A stretch of DNA of 64,000 nucleotides, taken from a virus. The notes beneath the pieces are model-generated. The model had not been told where the DNA came from. It searched no databases and saw only the letters and a program-made list of their open reading frames with translations. The translations under genes and the position numbers were made by a program. Location of the stretch: the IMG/VR virus record IMGVR_UViG_3300045988_109200, positions 25,243 to 89,242 of that record. The stretch is one strand, 5' to 3'. Shown piece by piece: positions 35,596 to 46,051 of this stretch (the stretch's first letter is position 1; every line of letters begins with the position of its first letter).

Positions 35596-38500
35596 ATGAG
35601 TAGCAGTTTACATACGCACTCATACTTTTAGCTTGCTCGATGGGTTCTCTTCTCCTGAAGAAAATCTAAAAAGAGCATCGGAACTTGGCTTGAAAGCTAT
35701 TGCCATTACGGAACATGGTGAGGTGACAAGCTGGCCGTATTACTCAGAACTAAAAGACAAGTATCCTGACGTAAAGCTTCTTTATGGTATCGAGGCATAT
35801 GAGTGCGAGGATAGGGAAGTAAAGGACAAGAACAGTAAATACTGGCATCTGATCATCATCGCAAAGAATGAGGCTGGTCGTCAGACGGTTAATCGCTTAT
35901 CTACACTCGGTCATCTTCATGGCTTTTATAGCCGTCCTCGTATCACAAAAGAGGATATCGCTAAGGAAGATACGAATAATTTGATTATCCTGTCTGCTTG
36001 TTTGGCGAGTAGACTGTCCAAAACGGATGATTATGACACTTGTGTCAAGCTAGTTCAAGAGTATAAGAGTTTATTCCCTCACTATTATCTTGAGGTTCAG
36101 GCTCATGCAAATAGTGAACAAGCAAAATACAATCAGAAAATCATGCGGTTGGCAAACGACACTCATACAAAAGTAGTCGTCACAAACGATGTTCATGCTG
36201 CCACAAAAGAAGCTCTGTATTATCAAGACTACTTTCTGAGAATTGCTCATGATACAGAAACTGCCGCAGAAATCTACGAAGGATGCTACTTTATGTCTCG
36301 CAGGGAGCAACATGAAGTCCTTGACGGTCAGATTGGATATGATGCGGCAGAATGGTGTATCAACAATACCGATGAGATTGCTGACCTATGTGATTATGTG
36401 GATATGCCTTGGCACGAACCTGAACTTCCCAAAATCGAGATTCCTCCACAGTATTCCAACTCAGCAGCTTACTTAAAAGACCTTGTGAAAGAGGGATGGA
36501 AGAAACGCGGCATTGACAAGTTTGATGTAGAAAAGCAGAAGATCTATCGTAAGCGTGTTGATGACGAGCTGTTTGTCATTGAGAAGAAAGACTTCTGTGA
36601 TTATTTTTTGATTCTGGTTGATTACATCAACTGGTGTAAGAAAAATGATGTCATTGTTGGCCCTGGTCGTGGTTCTGCCGCTGGTTCACTTGTATGTTAC
36701 CTGATTGGCATTACGCAACTTGATTCCATCAAATACGAGCTTGATTTCGGACGATTCCTTACCATTGAACGAAAAGACCTTCCCGACGTTGATGTAGATG
36801 TCAGTGATCGTGCCAAGGTTGTCGAGTATCTGACACGGAAGTACGGTGAAGATCGAGTAGTTCAGGTTATGAATATCGTGTACACCACTCCGGTCACTTC
36901 GATTCAGGATGTTGGCAAGGTGCTCGGTTTCCCGTATGCTGAGATTAGAAAAATCAGCGAGAAATTCGTTCAAAAGACATGGAAGGATTGTCTTGAAGCA
37001 AATCCAGAAGTGGCTGAGAATCCGAGATACAAAGAACTGCTTGATATTGCAGAGCACATCAATGGTCGCCCACGAGGGTATGGTATCCATGCTGGCGGTG
37101 TTATTGTCTGCCGACATCCTTATTATGAGTATATCGGTATCCGACACGGTGCCGATGGAGAGCACGTTATCTCTGTTGATAAGGTGATGGACGAGAAAAT
37201 TGGACTTGTTAAGTTTGATATTCTTGGCGTTGCATCGCTTGTGGCTATTGATGAGGCAAAGCGTGAGGACAATATTCCAGACTGGGAAATTGACATTAAC
37301 AATCCTGAGTTTGAAAATGACAAGGCATCCTATGATTTGATTTGTTCTGGCCGGACAGACAATCTATTCCAGATTGAGTCGTCTGGTATGAAGGATCTGG
37401 TTGCACAGCTTCAGCCGAGGTCGATTGAGGAGCTGTCAGCATTGATTGCTCTTTATCGTCCTGACGCAATGCCGTCTATTCCTACATACGTTGATTGCAA
37501 GTATCATCCAGAACACATTCATTATTTCCATCCTGATATGGAACCAATTTTCCGCAGCACCTATGGCGTGAACATCTATCAGGAACAGAGTATGAAGCTC
37601 ACAAAGGTCTTTGGTGGCCGAAGCGATGCTGGTGCTGATAGAATGCGTAAGTGCTTAGCAAAGAAGAAACCTGAGAAGGTCAAGGAAGAGGTAGAACTTC
37701 TTCACGATGAAATTCTTGCAAATGGATACGATAAAGCAACCGCCGAGTATATTTGTAACGAGTTGTCAACGAAGGGCGGCTACGGCTTCAACGCTAGTCA
37801 TTCTCAAGCATACGCCGTCATCTGTCTTCAGACCGCATACTTGAAAGCCCATCATCCGCTTGCGTTCTTTAAGGCTATGCTGAACCTGAATAAAGCAAAG
37901 GTCGGTAAGGTCAATAAGATTATGGTGGACGCACGCAGCTTTGATATTCAGATTCTTCCTCCGAGTATCAATCGTTCCGGCATGGATTTTACTGTGTCAA
38001 ATGGTAAAATCCTATTTGGCTTGTCTGCTATCGGTGGTATTGGCAATACACTTGCTGAGACTATCATTGCAGAACGAGATAGGAATGGAAAATTTAAGGG
38101 ACTTGATGATTTCACGAGTCGTGTTCGTGCAACGAAAGCGCAGATCATTGCGTTGGTCAAATCCGGTGCGATTCCTACAAAAAACAAACGAATATTCTTG
38201 GAAAAGTACATTGCCAGCGGTTTGGAACAATCTGAGTTTAAACCAGTCAGTACACTTCCTACCAAGGCAGTTTTGCTGAGTAAGTGGGATATTGATACAG
38301 AGCATTATAAGGTTGGTAAGAAGGTTGATAAAGAAACCGTCCTACGAATCTATAATGAAAAGCGCCGTGTCGTACATGAAACTGAAAAACTCAAGAAAAA
38401 GGAAGCGTACATGGCCGAGCAGTCAGAGAAGTATTTGAAGGACGAGCAATTCTGGGAGTTCCAGACGTTGCAGACGTTTATTATCGATAAGAATCCGTTT

Positions 38501-38812
38501 GAAAAGGCATACGAATACATTAAGGATTTCTCTGAGCTTGAAACTGGTGACTCCTGTGTACTGGTTGGTATTATCGCAAAGATTCAAAAGAAGAAAACAA
38601 AGACTGGTATGCAGTTTGCGTTTGTGAATCTGTATTCTGGCGATGGTATCATTGAGTTGACAGTATGGCCGAGAATCTTGTCAGATTATCAGGATTTGAT
38701 TGTAAAGGGAAGTCAGGTAGCTGTGCTTGGAAAGAAGGAAGATGAATCACACGTTATTGCAAACGACTTCAAACCTTACAAGCAGTGGCTACATGATAGA
38801 GAGATAGCGTAA
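35596..38812 (+). CDS. dnaE: DNA polymerase III alpha subunit (DnaE-type) with apparent +1 frameshift near codon 11
   Basis: PHP N-terminus (LHTHSYF/SLLDGFSS) is split between two frames at TTTT 35626-35629; downstream 1059-aa frame has PHP and polymerase-core similarity. Confidence 0.8.
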
Positions 38813-38824
38813 GAGGGTTATAAA

Positions 38825-41155
38825 GTGGCAGATAAGAAATTTAATGAAAATATGATTCGTTGCTACATCAGGATAAAACGAGTCTTTTATCCGAAAGATG
38901 GGAGGGATGTGGAGCCCGGCGGCTTCGCCACCTTCTCTGCCGAGGTGGTAAAAGTCAAGCAGGGGAATCCTGTTATGAGTCGATACAGTGACCTCCGGCT
39001 AAAAGGCAACGTTCCTAGCCTCGATATGAATAAGACTTATTCGTTCTGTGGTGAGTATGTTCATCATGAAAAGTTTGGTGATCAGTACAAAATCATCTAC
39101 ATGAATGAGTTTCAAGAGATCACTGACCCGGAAGAACAAAAAAGCTTTCTCCGTTTTATTTTGACCGATCATCAGTTTGAGATGCTTTATGAAGCATTCG
39201 ATAATCCGTATGAAATTATCAAGAATGGTGACATCAAGGCTCTTTGTACTATTAGCGGTATTACGGAAGGTCGAGCACAAAAGATCATTGACTCTTTTGA
39301 ACGCAACATTGATAACAGTGAAGCGTACACGAAATTGATTGAATACGGTTTGACTCCCAGTGCTATTGAAAAGCTTGTTCATCAGTATCACGGCGCGGAC
39401 ACTCTGGTAAGAAAGATTGAGGAAAATCCTTACGTCCTGATCGATGATGTGTATGGCATCGGCTGGAAGAAAGCTGACACTCTTGCTTTGAATATGGGCT
39501 TAAAGCACAATTCGCAATTCAGAATCGAATCTTACGTCATGCATTTCCTTGCCGCCCGTGCCGAAGAAGGTAACTCTATTATCCCGGCAAACCAGACAAT
39601 CAATAGCTGCATCAATGAACTTGACTTGGACGAGGGTGACCAAGAAGTCATCAAAAGGGCACTTTTCCATCTGCACGATGTCCGTGAAACGCTTTGGTGG
39701 AGTGATGACCGTCAGGAATTTGCTTTAACTAGAGTGTGGAATCTTGAAAATGAAATCGCAAAGGAAATCAAGCGACTGGCGGATGCACCTGTTGAACCGA
39801 TTGGTCGAAACATGGATGCAGCAATCAATGAGGCTGAGGATGACCTTGGTATCGAGTACACTGAAGAGCAGAGAGATGCTATTAAAAAGGTATGCTCTAA
39901 CAATATTGCTATCGTCACAGGTCTTGGTGGATGCGGTAAAAGTACCGTTGTCGCTGGTGTTCTAAAGGTTCTTCGTGATAAGTCTTTTGCTCAGACTGCA
40001 CTCTCTGGTCGTGCCGCAGCTCGTATGCAAGAAATTACTGGTCAGGACGGTAAGACCATTCATCGTCTTCTTGGTTATGATATTGAGAATGGTGGGTTTG
40101 CTCATGATAAGAACAATCCTCTTGAAGAAGATATTATCATTTTGGATGAGACTTCTATGGTTGGAGCTCAATTGTTCTATGACTTGATTCAGGCAATCGA
40201 AACCGGAAAGCGATTCATCATGATTGGTGATGACGGTCAGCTTGAGAGTATCGGTATGTGCAACATCTTTAAGGATATGCTTGCATCTAAGGTTGTTCCT
40301 GTAGCTCGCTTGACTAAAATTCATCGTCAGGCAGCCAAGTCTGCAATTATTACCGAGAGCATTAAGGTTCGTAACGCTACGCAATTGGTGCCTTATGGCT
40401 GGGCTGGTAATGAGATTCGTGGCGAACTTCGTGATTTGGAGCTTGATATCTATAAGGATGCAAGTGAATCGTTCAACCATATTATCAATCAATACCGTAC
40501 CTTATATAATAAGGTAGGAAATGATAGTGCGAAGATTCAGATTGTACTTCCACAGAAGCTACGTGGTAGTATCTGTACTTATGAAGTCAATAATGCTATT
40601 CAGGAAATTGTGAATCCGAGTCGTGGTCAGGCAGAAGCAAAGGTCACAATCTATGGTGATGGCAAGGATAGAGTATATACTCTGCGTGAGGGCGATCAGG
40701 TCATCATCAACAAGAACAACTATGAGCTTCACACATACAATCTCAAGACAAAGAAAAAAGAAGAGAAGTGTCCGGTGTTCAACGGAAACCGTGGCATTAT
40801 CCGAAAGATTGAGAGTAGTTTTATCCTGGTTGATTTTGACCAGTGGGGAACGATTTTCATTCCTCATTACTTTGGTGGGAATAACATCTGGGCAACGCTT
40901 GAACTTGCTTATGCTTTAAGTTGTCATAAACTGCAGGGCAGTGAGGCTCCGTATGTGATTGTCGGAATGGATAACTCTGCGTACCTGATGCTGACGAGAG
41001 AATGGCTCTATACGGCCATCACTCGTGCCAAGAAGTATTGTGTGATTTGTGCCGAAACTCATGCTCTTGATCGGGCTGTAAAGACTTCGAGAATTCCATA
41101 TAAGCGGACGTTCTTGAAGGAATTTTTACGGAAAGAATTTGCAGAAAAGCATTGA
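38825..41155 (+). CDS. RecD-like ATP-dependent DNA helicase (776 aa)
   Basis: GTG start; Walker A GLGGCGKST; DEtSM Walker B; C-terminal UvrD_C-like region. Confidence 0.75.
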   Translation: MADKKFNENMIRCYIRIKRVFYPKDGRDVEPGGFATFSAEVVKVKQGNPVMSRYSDLRLKGNVPSLDMNKTYSFCGEYVHHEKFGDQYKIIYMNEFQEITDPEEQKSFLRFILTDHQFEMLYEAFDNPYEIIKNGDIKALCTISGITEGRAQKIIDSFERNIDNSEAYTKLIEYGLTPSAIEKLVHQYHGADTLVRKIEENPYVLIDDVYGIGWKKADTLALNMGLKHNSQFRIESYVMHFLAARAEEGNSIIPANQTINSCINELDLDEGDQEVIKRALFHLHDVRETLWWSDDRQEFALTRVWNLENEIAKEIKRLADAPVEPIGRNMDAAINEAEDDLGIEYTEEQRDAIKKVCSNNIAIVTGLGGCGKSTVVAGVLKVLRDKSFAQTALSGRAAARMQEITGQDGKTIHRLLGYDIENGGFAHDKNNPLEEDIIILDETSMVGAQLFYDLIQAIETGKRFIMIGDDGQLESIGMCNIFKDMLASKVVPVARLTKIHRQAAKSAIITESIKVRNATQLVPYGWAGNEIRGELRDLELDIYKDASESFNHIINQYRTLYNKVGNDSAKIQIVLPQKLRGSICTYEVNNAIQEIVNPSRGQAEAKVTIYGDGKDRVYTLREGDQVIINKNNYELHTYNLKTKKKEEKCPVFNGNRGIIRKIESSFILVDFDQWGTIFIPHYFGGNNIWATLELAYALSCHKLQGSEAPYVIVGMDNSAYLMLTREWLYTAITRAKKYCVICAETHALDRAVKTSRIPYKRTFLKEFLRKEFAEKH

Positions 41156-41180
41156 CAATTATGTAAGTATCCTGTATAAT
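41152..41180 (+). promoter_or_regulatory. perfect sigma70 promoter TTGACA-17-TATAAT overlapping a minus-orientation copy of the 21-bp motif
   Basis: -35 overlaps the helicase stop codon. Confidence 0.6.
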
Positions 41181-41187
41181 ATAGTTA
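41167..41187 (-). promoter_or_regulatory. conserved 21-bp motif copy (minus orientation)
   Basis: GTATCCTGTATAATATAGTTA; forms a 21-bp inverted repeat with the copy at 41226. Confidence 0.5.
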
Positions 41188-41225
41188 TAAAAAGTCTCCA
41201 TCCCGGAGGCTTAAAATTCTCTCTT

Positions 41226-41246
41226 TAACTATATAATACAGGATAC
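41226..41246 (+). promoter_or_regulatory. conserved 21-bp motif copy TAACTATATAATACAGGATAC
   Basis: seen directly. Confidence 0.5.
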
Positions 41247-41257
41247 GGGAAAGAAAT

Positions 41258-41289
41258 GGCTTGCTCGTAACGACAAGCCTTTCTTTATT
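41258..41289 (+). terminator. intrinsic terminator-like hairpin GGCTTG-N10-CAAGCC plus TTTCTTTATT
   Basis: seen directly. Confidence 0.5.
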
Positions 41290-41294
41290 AGCTA

Positions 41295-41315
41295 TAACTA
41301 TATAACACAGGATAC
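41295..41315 (+). promoter_or_regulatory. conserved 21-bp motif copy TAACTATATAACACAGGATAC
   Basis: about 13 nt upstream of the ligase gene start. Confidence 0.5.
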
Positions 41316-41328
41316 GCAAGGAGGCTTT

Positions 41329-42660
41329 ATGACAGATAAAGAGCTCATAGGTAAGCTTGATGCGATGGTTAAGGCATTGCAGAAAGCAAAGAAAAAGACG
41401 GACAAGACCCGCATTTTGCTGGATGCACGTAAGGATTTTGGAGATGAAGCTGATGAGTTGATGGCATTCTTTCGATTCCTGCTTGATCCGGCAATTATTA
41501 CTGGTCTGTCTGATGCAAAAATCAATAAGAAGGTAACTGCAAAGCCGGATATCGAAATTCAATATCTCAGCTGTGGATACCTTTATATTATGAGTGCTGG
41601 GCACAATACCGGTTCTGATGCGTCCATCGCAACAATCCAGAATTATTTACATAAAAATCCTGAGTACGAAGAGTTTCTAAAGCGATTGTTCACTAAGAAC
41701 CTGCCGATTGGAGTCGAGGCAGCTACCATCAATAAGGTATATGGCGAAGAGATTATTCCTGTTTGGGAGGTTCAGCAAGGATATCCGATTGATAAGGTTA
41801 AGCTGAAGATGGGCACTTGGTTCAGCCTTAGCCAGAAGATGAACGGAAATAGGGGGACTCTATATCGTGGAGATTTAATTTCTCGTCAGGCACAGAAATT
41901 TGAAGGTCTTGACCATATTAAGAATGACCTGCTCTCTCTATATGACGGCGATGCAACGAGGCGAGATTCTTGGGTGTTTGACGGAGAACTTATCTACAAG
42001 AATCCCGAAGGAATGTCAGACGGGGAGGCGTTTCGTTTCGGAACTGGCCTATTGAACTCAGATAGTAAGGACAAGACGGGTATCAAGTTCGTTATTTTTG
42101 ATGTCATCCCTGCTGTTGAATTTGACCGCAGTAAATGCATGGTTCCGTATCGGACGCGCCGTGAATGGCTGAATTGTCTTCGTGCAGAGATTGCTCACAA
42201 GCACCTTGAGAACGTTGAGATTGTGCCGATGGTTTATGAAGGAATAGATCAAGGCGTGATTTCAAAGTGGCTTGATTATGCGGTTGAGCACGATTGGGAA
42301 GGGCTCATGTTGAATACGGACGTCCCTTATCGTCGGGCTCGTCACAACGGATGTCTCAAAATTAAGCGTTTTTATACTGTTGATCTGCGAATCACTGCGA
42401 TTGAGGAAGGTCAGAACCGTCTGGCTGGTACGATGGGCGCTCTTGTTGTTGACTACAAGGGCAACGAGCTTCGTGTCGGCTCTGGTTTTGATGATGCTAC
42501 GAGAGCTGCTGTGTGGGCGAATCCTGATAATTACATCGGTAAGATTGTGGAATGTAAATACAAGGAAAAGAGCTGTGATAAGAAAACCGGTCTTGAGTCT
42601 TTGCAGTTCCCGACTTTTGTGCGATTCCGAAATGACAAGAATGAAGTGAGCTACGGCTAA
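41329..42660 (+). CDS. ATP-dependent DNA ligase (443 aa)
   Basis: nucleotidyltransferase motifs: I KMNGNRG, III FDGELIY, IV EGLMLN, V LKIKRF. Confidence 0.7.
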   Translation: MTDKELIGKLDAMVKALQKAKKKTDKTRILLDARKDFGDEADELMAFFRFLLDPAIITGLSDAKINKKVTAKPDIEIQYLSCGYLYIMSAGHNTGSDASIATIQNYLHKNPEYEEFLKRLFTKNLPIGVEAATINKVYGEEIIPVWEVQQGYPIDKVKLKMGTWFSLSQKMNGNRGTLYRGDLISRQAQKFEGLDHIKNDLLSLYDGDATRRDSWVFDGELIYKNPEGMSDGEAFRFGTGLLNSDSKDKTGIKFVIFDVIPAVEFDRSKCMVPYRTRREWLNCLRAEIAHKHLENVEIVPMVYEGIDQGVISKWLDYAVEHDWEGLMLNTDVPYRRARHNGCLKIKRFYTVDLRITAIEEGQNRLAGTMGALVVDYKGNELRVGSGFDDATRAAVWANPDNYIGKIVECKYKEKSCDKKTGLESLQFPTFVRFRNDKNEVSYG

Positions 42661-42670
42661 GGAGAAAGCT

Positions 42671-42943
42671 ATGAATCTTTCTAAGAAGTCCATTAAGCAC
42701 ATTCTTCGGATTCTTGATAATAAATGTATCGAGGTTCCTACAAAGACATCCGCTTATAGCAACGGTGGACGTAGAATTTTGACTCGTGATTTTGAGCCAA
42801 AGGAGTCACACGGAATGAATGGCTGGCAACGGATAGTCTATGTACCGTCCGAAGGATATTTCTACGGAATTTATAACGGAAAATCAGAAGAAGATTGGGA
42901 TATTCCAGATATCTGGTCTCCTGCCCAGCTTTCTGATTTGTGA
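42671..42943 (+). CDS. hypothetical protein (90 aa)
   Basis: ORF track; ggagaaagctATG. Confidence 0.45.
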   Translation: MNLSKKSIKHILRILDNKCIEVPTKTSAYSNGGRRILTRDFEPKESHGMNGWQRIVYVPSEGYFYGIYNGKSEEDWDIPDIWSPAQLSDL

Positions 42944-42951
42944 GGTTTACA

Positions 42952-43176
42952 ATGTTTGTTTTAACACAGAATCAAAACGGAGTTGCTGACACCAGTAAAT
43001 GTTTTGGAATCCATATTGTAGATGAATCAACAGTAATCAGAGCGTATACCTTTGATGGAGATGGATGGATGAAACTTGGTAAATATAAAACAGTAGAACG
43101 AGCAAAAGAAGTAATTCAAGAAATTAACACTGCTCTTTGTGAGAACCGTGTTAGTTTCGATATGCCGGAGGACTAA
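42952..43176 (+). CDS. hypothetical protein, paralog pair member (74 aa)
   Basis: N-terminus MFVLTQNQNG similar to next gene's MLLLTQDKR. Confidence 0.4.
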   Translation: MFVLTQNQNGVADTSKCFGIHIVDESTVIRAYTFDGDGWMKLGKYKTVERAKEVIQEINTALCENRVSFDMPED

Positions 43177-43177
43177 A

Positions 43178-43399
43178 ATGCTACTTTTAACGCAAGACAA
43201 AAGAATTGTGAATCTCGATTGTATGGCGATTATTGATACTGCTAGTCTTCAGGTTTTTGCAAGGCAGGATGCGCATGGACGTGGAATTACTCTTGGTGAG
43301 TACGATTCAGAAGAAAGGTGTAAATACATTCTTGGTGATATTTTCGCCAGTTATTGCTGTGATGGCAGTGAGAATGTTTATGTAATGCCGGATAAATGA
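43178..43399 (+). CDS. hypothetical protein, paralog pair member (73 aa)
   Basis: see 42952. Confidence 0.4.
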   Translation: MLLLTQDKRIVNLDCMAIIDTASLQVFARQDAHGRGITLGEYDSEERCKYILGDIFASYCCDGSENVYVMPDK

Positions 43400-43638
43400 T
43401 GAATGATTTCCGAAAATTAGCCATCCCAAAGAAAGAACGACTTGAAGTTCAACTTACGGATGGCACAGATGAACACAATATATTGTACATAATTACATCT
43501 CTAGCCACTATTAAAGGTGCTGAGATTTTTAAAAATTTTCGTTTGTATTCTGTAGGCTCCGCCGGGGAGCTCAACTTATTAGAGAAGCGAGACGGCGATC
43601 CCTACTTTGATAAGCTGAAAGGAACAGAATATGAGTAA
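43396..43638 (+). CDS. hypothetical protein (80 aa)
   Basis: ORF track. Confidence 0.4.
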   Translation: MMNDFRKLAIPKKERLEVQLTDGTDEHNILYIITSLATIKGAEIFKNFRLYSVGSAGELNLLEKRDGDPYFDKLKGTEYE

Positions 43639-43978
43639 TTCAATGAACCGAGAAGACCGGCGCAGAGAGCAGCGTAAGGCACGAATCCTTGCCCGGCGAA
43701 TCAAGAAAGCTGGTGGTCCCGACTTTCTGGCTGGAATGCCCGCAGAGGAATGGGAACCAAAGATTGGTGACGAGGTCACTATTAAGGTAAAGAGAATTCA
43801 GGGTAAGAAAGATTTCTTTAAGATGAGTCCTCAGTATCAGGACTTTATCAATAGCCTTGAGGACGGAAAACCTTACAAAATCACCAGTACAGGTATGAAG
43901 GGTCAGGTTTACGGCATTGACGCACATCCTTATTTCCAGATTTGGAAGGGTGATATGGAACCCTACAAGGAGTCCTAA
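43631..43978 (+). CDS. hypothetical basic protein (115 aa)
   Basis: ORF track. Confidence 0.45.
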   Translation: MSNSMNREDRRREQRKARILARRIKKAGGPDFLAGMPAEEWEPKIGDEVTIKVKRIQGKKDFFKMSPQYQDFINSLEDGKPYKITSTGMKGQVYGIDAHPYFQIWKGDMEPYKES

Positions 43979-44238
43979 TGAAGCAGATGTACTTCAGGAC
44001 GAACTATCATGCTTGTTATTGTGTGGAGTGCATGAATCAATTCATTTTAATGCGAAAAGGGTATTTTTATGATGTGATATGGGAAACGGATACTTATTAT
44101 CTTGTATGTACAGATAAAGGTGACCCATTCCAACAACCATTTAATATCGTAAAAATTCTCAAAGAAGATCTCGAAGATGATGTATATGTCGTGACCGGTA
44201 AGAGTGAAGAATTTAAGGAAGGAGGTGGGGTGATATGA
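43978..44238 (+). CDS. hypothetical protein (86 aa)
   Basis: ORF track. Confidence 0.4.
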   Translation: MKQMYFRTNYHACYCVECMNQFILMRKGYFYDVIWETDTYYLVCTDKGDPFQQPFNIVKILKEDLEDDVYVVTGKSEEFKEGGGVI

Positions 44239-44438
44239 TTGGTATTGACCATCGTGAGCAGGGGCGTAAAGAACGAGCCCTTGCAGAATATTACAGAACC
44301 TTGGCTCGATATCCTACCGAGTGTGGAGAGCCGATTACATATCAGCTGTCAGAAGAGCAACTTAGACATGTTCTCTGCGGAGATGTTACTGTTGATGAAC
44401 TGATTGAAAGAGGTGAGGTAAGTGAAAGATACGATTAA
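44235..44438 (+). CDS. hypothetical protein (67 aa)
   Basis: ORF track. Confidence 0.4.
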   Translation: MIGIDHREQGRKERALAEYYRTLARYPTECGEPITYQLSEEQLRHVLCGDVTVDELIERGEVSERYD

Positions 44439-44440
44439 AA

Positions 44441-44587
44441 TGTGGATCGCTTTCATTAAGATTTTTAAGGATTATCTTATTGCGGTCGGAATCATGATTG
44501 CGTTGTGGATGTTGTCTTGCCTTATCAAGTATGGGATTTCAGTATCCAATTTTCCAGATTGGTTTAAGTTTGCACTTCTAAAGTAAA
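44441..44587 (+). CDS. small membrane peptide (48 aa)
   Basis: ATG 44441; hydrophobic helix. Confidence 0.3.
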
Positions 44588-44597
44588 GGAGGATTAA

Positions 44598-44822
44598 ATG
44601 GTAACCGATATTCTTAATAGAGAGATTCATGTTGGCGATACAGTGCTTAGAGCTAGAACTCGAAATGGTCGCGGAGTTCTTTGGAGTATTCGTAAAGTTG
44701 TCGCCATTATGAACGTAATGATTAAAGTTCAAGACGGAAAGTACACAACGAATGTTGCACCTAAAAATTGCATCGTAATTGGTGAGAACGACATTCCTGA
44801 AAACTGGCAGGACGAATATTAA
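44598..44822 (+). CDS. hypothetical protein (74 aa)
   Basis: ORF track; aaggaggattaaATG. Confidence 0.45.
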   Translation: MVTDILNREIHVGDTVLRARTRNGRGVLWSIRKVVAIMNVMIKVQDGKYTTNVAPKNCIVIGENDIPENWQDEY

Positions 44823-44832
44823 GGAGAGTTGA

Positions 44833-45624
44833 ATGGTAGTTAAACTGATTACACATACTCCTGATCCTGAAAAGGTAGTAGCTGCAGCCGCAAAACTGTG
44901 TTACTCCAATTCGAGTATTCAGGATCTGATGGATGGACTGACCGATGAGAAGGTCGATGAGTTTCTGAATCGGCTTTCTAGCCTTGGTCACGCTAGCCCT
45001 ACGGAGCATGTGACTTTTACTTTTGGAATTGAAGGTGTGAGCCGGTCTTTGCTTGCCCAGATTACTAGGCATCGCATTGCATCGTTCAGTGTGCAGAGTC
45101 AGCGCTATGTGCGAATGAATAATGCTGAAATCATCATTCCTGATGTTATTGACGATGATAGCGAAGCAAGAGAGGTATTTGAACAGGCAATTCAGACTGC
45201 TGAATATTCCTATAAGCACCTGTGCCAGATTCTTGAGGACAAGATTACTGAGGAACTGATGGTTGCTGATTCTCGTTTGACTGAGAAAAAGGCACGTGCA
45301 AAGGCATCTAAGATTGCAAATGAGAATGCACGTTCTGTTCTTCCAAATGCTTGTTCTACAAAGATGATTGTTACAATGAACGCTCGTTCGTTGAATAATT
45401 TCTTTAATCTGCGTTGCTGTGAACGTGCACAGTCTGAAATCAGGGAACTTGCAACTGAGATGCTAAAGCTTGTCTATCCGATTGCTCCTCATCTGTTTAA
45501 GTGTGCTGGCCCCAACTGCTGTGGTAACGGTTGTACTGAAGGTATGATGTCTTGTGGTAAGCTCCACGAGATTCGTGATAAATACGACAAACTGAAACAG
45601 GAGGCATTAAATGCAAACACTTGA
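44833..45624 (+). CDS. thyX: flavin-dependent thymidylate synthase ThyX (263 aa)
   Basis: ThyX signature RHRIASFSVQSQRYV. Confidence 0.85.
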   Translation: MVVKLITHTPDPEKVVAAAAKLCYSNSSIQDLMDGLTDEKVDEFLNRLSSLGHASPTEHVTFTFGIEGVSRSLLAQITRHRIASFSVQSQRYVRMNNAEIIIPDVIDDDSEAREVFEQAIQTAEYSYKHLCQILEDKITEELMVADSRLTEKKARAKASKIANENARSVLPNACSTKMIVTMNARSLNNFFNLRCCERAQSEIRELATEMLKLVYPIAPHLFKCAGPNCCGNGCTEGMMSCGKLHEIRDKYDKLKQEALNANT

Positions 45625-46051
45625 CGAAATTAAGAAGAATGTCGAGCACCCGGCTCATTACGGCGGTGCAGACAATCCCTATGAAGCAATTAAAGTGCTG
45701 CGAGAGTGGCAATTAGACGAGGATGCTTATCTCTGGAATGTTGGTAAGTATCTGAGCCGGGCAGGACACAAAGATGGTAATTCCCCGCTTCAAGATTTAA
45801 TGAAGGCACGTTATTATTTGGACTATAAAATCCGGCTTTTAGAGGAACAGCAGAAGGTTGCTGAAAGTGTCGTAGATACGCTCAAGAAAGTCCCTAACGA
45901 GGTAACTGATAAGCTGACTACGATGTCGGATTACATTCCTCGTCATGCAAAGCCCGACTATACGGATGATTTGGTTTTCTGTCCAGAAATCCATGCTCCA
46001 AACATCGAAACTGCCGTGGTCCCTGATTGTGCCGATGAGGTCAAGTTTTAA
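45611..46051 (+). CDS. DUF3310-like phage protein (146 aa)
   Basis: HPAHYGG...PYEAI motif common next to phage thyX. Confidence 0.4.
   Translation: MQTLDEIKKNVEHPAHYGGADNPYEAIKVLREWQLDEDAYLWNVGKYLSRAGHKDGNSPLQDLMKARYYLDYKIRLLEEQQKVAESVVDTLKKVPNEVTDKLTTMSDYIPRHAKPDYTDDLVFCPEIHAPNIETAVVPDCADEVKF

Noticed and set aside
17124-41315. Idea that the 21-bp motif is a T7-like single-subunit RNAP promoter
   Set aside because: No phage RNAP gene in the window, the motif occurs in both orientations, and two copies double as consensus sigma70 promoters. Kept as generic regulatory motif instead.
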